Below are positions 61,893-64,000 of a stretch of 64,000 nucleotides of DNA, in pieces. The stretch spans positions 51,418,096 to 51,482,095 of the forward strand of contig NC_068981.1 in the NCBI RefSeq assembly GCF_001194135.2. The letters run 5' to 3'. This stretch comes from Octopus bimaculoides (Eukaryota). Within the stretch, counting starts at the first letter, position 1, and each line of letters begins with the position of its first letter. The position numbers and the translations under genes are program-made. The notes beneath the pieces are model-generated. The model saw only the letters and a program-made list of their open reading frames with translations, was not told the origin of the DNA and made no database searches.

Positions 61893-63304
61893 AGAAAAAA
61901 TATTATCATTACTAATATATATATATATATGGATAAAACTATTTCTTTTCCAAGAAAAATGAAAATTTTTATGAAACCTCTATACCCACAAATACTTTGT
62001 CTAACTCTGACTCCAAGAACAAATTTTTTAACTCCAACCACATTGGATACAAATCGTATAGATAAATTAAAATAACCTCCCGTGTATACTTTAATTAAAA
62101 CTATCTAGAAAAGTTAACGTCCAATTAGAGAAACTATTGAAAATGTACATAGGTCTTAGTGGTATTTTACATGTAAACGACTTTAGCATAACACAAAGTA
62201 GGTAAATAAAATAATTTTAAAATATTGTGTTAGATTTAGACAAAGAAACAATATTTCAACAGGACATTCAGACATATACGAGGAATAAATGGATCCGATA
62301 AGATAACAAAGCATTGAAATGAAAGTGAAATAACGAAAGTCCTTGAAGCCAATACAAGAAATAACATTAAAGGTTACTATGCTATTAGCCAGAGCTTTGC
62401 TATAAATGAAAGGCAAAATGAAACATTGAGGAAATGTAATTTACTTGCTAAATTGTGAGTATATAACTTTAAGGCGATATGGATGTGATATACTTACCAC
62501 CAACACAGTCAGGAAGACCTTCATTAAAAAAAGACCTGCTATAAAATAAACTTCAAATAAGCTATCCTAAAGATAGAGCCAGCTGTCATTTAACAAGGAG
62601 CCGACATTTGTTTTCTTGTCTTAACATACATGGAAGGACATAGACACCTTTCTTGTATCTTTCCTATGTTATTTATCAATGGCTGCTTGACCCAGTTGAT
62701 TTCCAGTAGAGGTAAACGAGTGCCCTAATATTCAGGATATTCAGTGATATTAAGGAAAAACAGTAAATATAATGAGGAGTCATGAGCATGTAATTAAGTT
62801 CCATCTCATATGCTTACTTCGCAATCTGCGGCATTCACTGCACATTATAAAATATTATTCATTACCCCCGCCACGTTCTCCAAATGCAGCGCTTTAACAG
62901 ATCCTAGAATATGAGCTCAAATTTCAAAGAAATTGCAATATAAAGATGCAGTACATATAAATGAGGCATACCGTTTTATTTGAAAACTCTTTAAGGAATA
63001 TTCAGGTTAAAACGTACGCATTCTGAAACAGGGGCCACAGCCATGGCTAATTATAAACGTTCACCAAGTCAAAAATATTAACAATAGCAGAAATGAGTAG
63101 AAGAGAGATATTCAAAATTATATTAGACATAGGATGATGTGTATCAAGTATAACATTACTTCTATGATTAAACACAGACTTCAAACATTACGTATGATGT
63201 GATGCAAGAGAAATGCTGTTAGAGTATACTTTGAAGTTAATGAAGCCACAGATCATCTGGCCAAATAATCAGGTTTTACATCATTGGCAACGTTACGCGC
63301 AGCA

Positions 63305-63320
63305 TATATACATATATATG

Positions 63321-63403
<83 letters not shown>

Positions 63404-63560
63404 ATGTGTGTGTGTGTGTGTCTGTATGTATGTATGTATGTATACGTGCATGCATGTACGTATGTGTATAGATAGATAGATAGATACATACATACATACA
63501 TACATACATACATACATAGATTGATAGATAGATAGATATGCATGTATGTATATACATATC
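63305..63560. repeat. Compound (TA)/(GT)n/(GATA)/(ACAT) microsatellite
   Basis: Read directly. Confidence 0.95.
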
Positions 63561-63960
63561 TCATTCACGAAATTTTTTCGAAAATAGACTGATACACCCA
63601 ACAGCGAATTTCGGAAGCCTGTGCATGTGTGTGTGCGAGAGAGATAGAGAATGTGTGTGTGTGCGTATGTATGTGTGTGTTCATGTGTGTAGCTGCGTAT
63701 GAATATATGTCAAAATTAACATAACATGTATGCCTTTAACTCCTTAATGTCTTGGGCTATAGAGATCTACGGCAACTCATCTCGCTCCAGATCTGACAGG
63801 TACTGGTACGTTATACATTGGTTCAGAAATAATGAAAGCCAAATTCAAGGAGGAGGACGCAGAAAAGCAAATATAAACGCAAAGTGATCTGTCCGACGTT
63901 CCGGCAAAACTTGTTGATAGTCATGCACAAATGAACAGACACACACAAACACACTCACCA

Positions 63961-64000
<40 letters not shown>

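Overview
This is AT-rich eukaryotic DNA, dense in microsatellites and interrupted by ten N-gaps. The repeat content (two tRNA-headed SINE families, RLE and Tx1 LINEs, Tc1/mariner, Penelope-like remnants) suggests an octopod cephalopod intron or intergenic region; that is an inference. No host protein-coding gene can be supported, and most ORF-track entries are microsatellite, gap or transposon artefacts. The main signals are: (1) a minus-strand type-I hammerhead ribozyme fold at 55271-55361 inside a ~459-nt tandem dimer with an inverted junction, i.e. retrozyme/Penelope pLTR-like; (2) a 3' tail shared by a Tx1-clade LINE and one SINE subfamily; (3) Dong/R4-like LINEs inserted in (TAA)n tracts that appear to be supplied by SINE tails; (4) two LINE chimeras joined at microhomologies; (5) a fold-back mariner with two 5' ends, present twice. 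All family assignments come from motifs read by eye; no database search or folding program was run.
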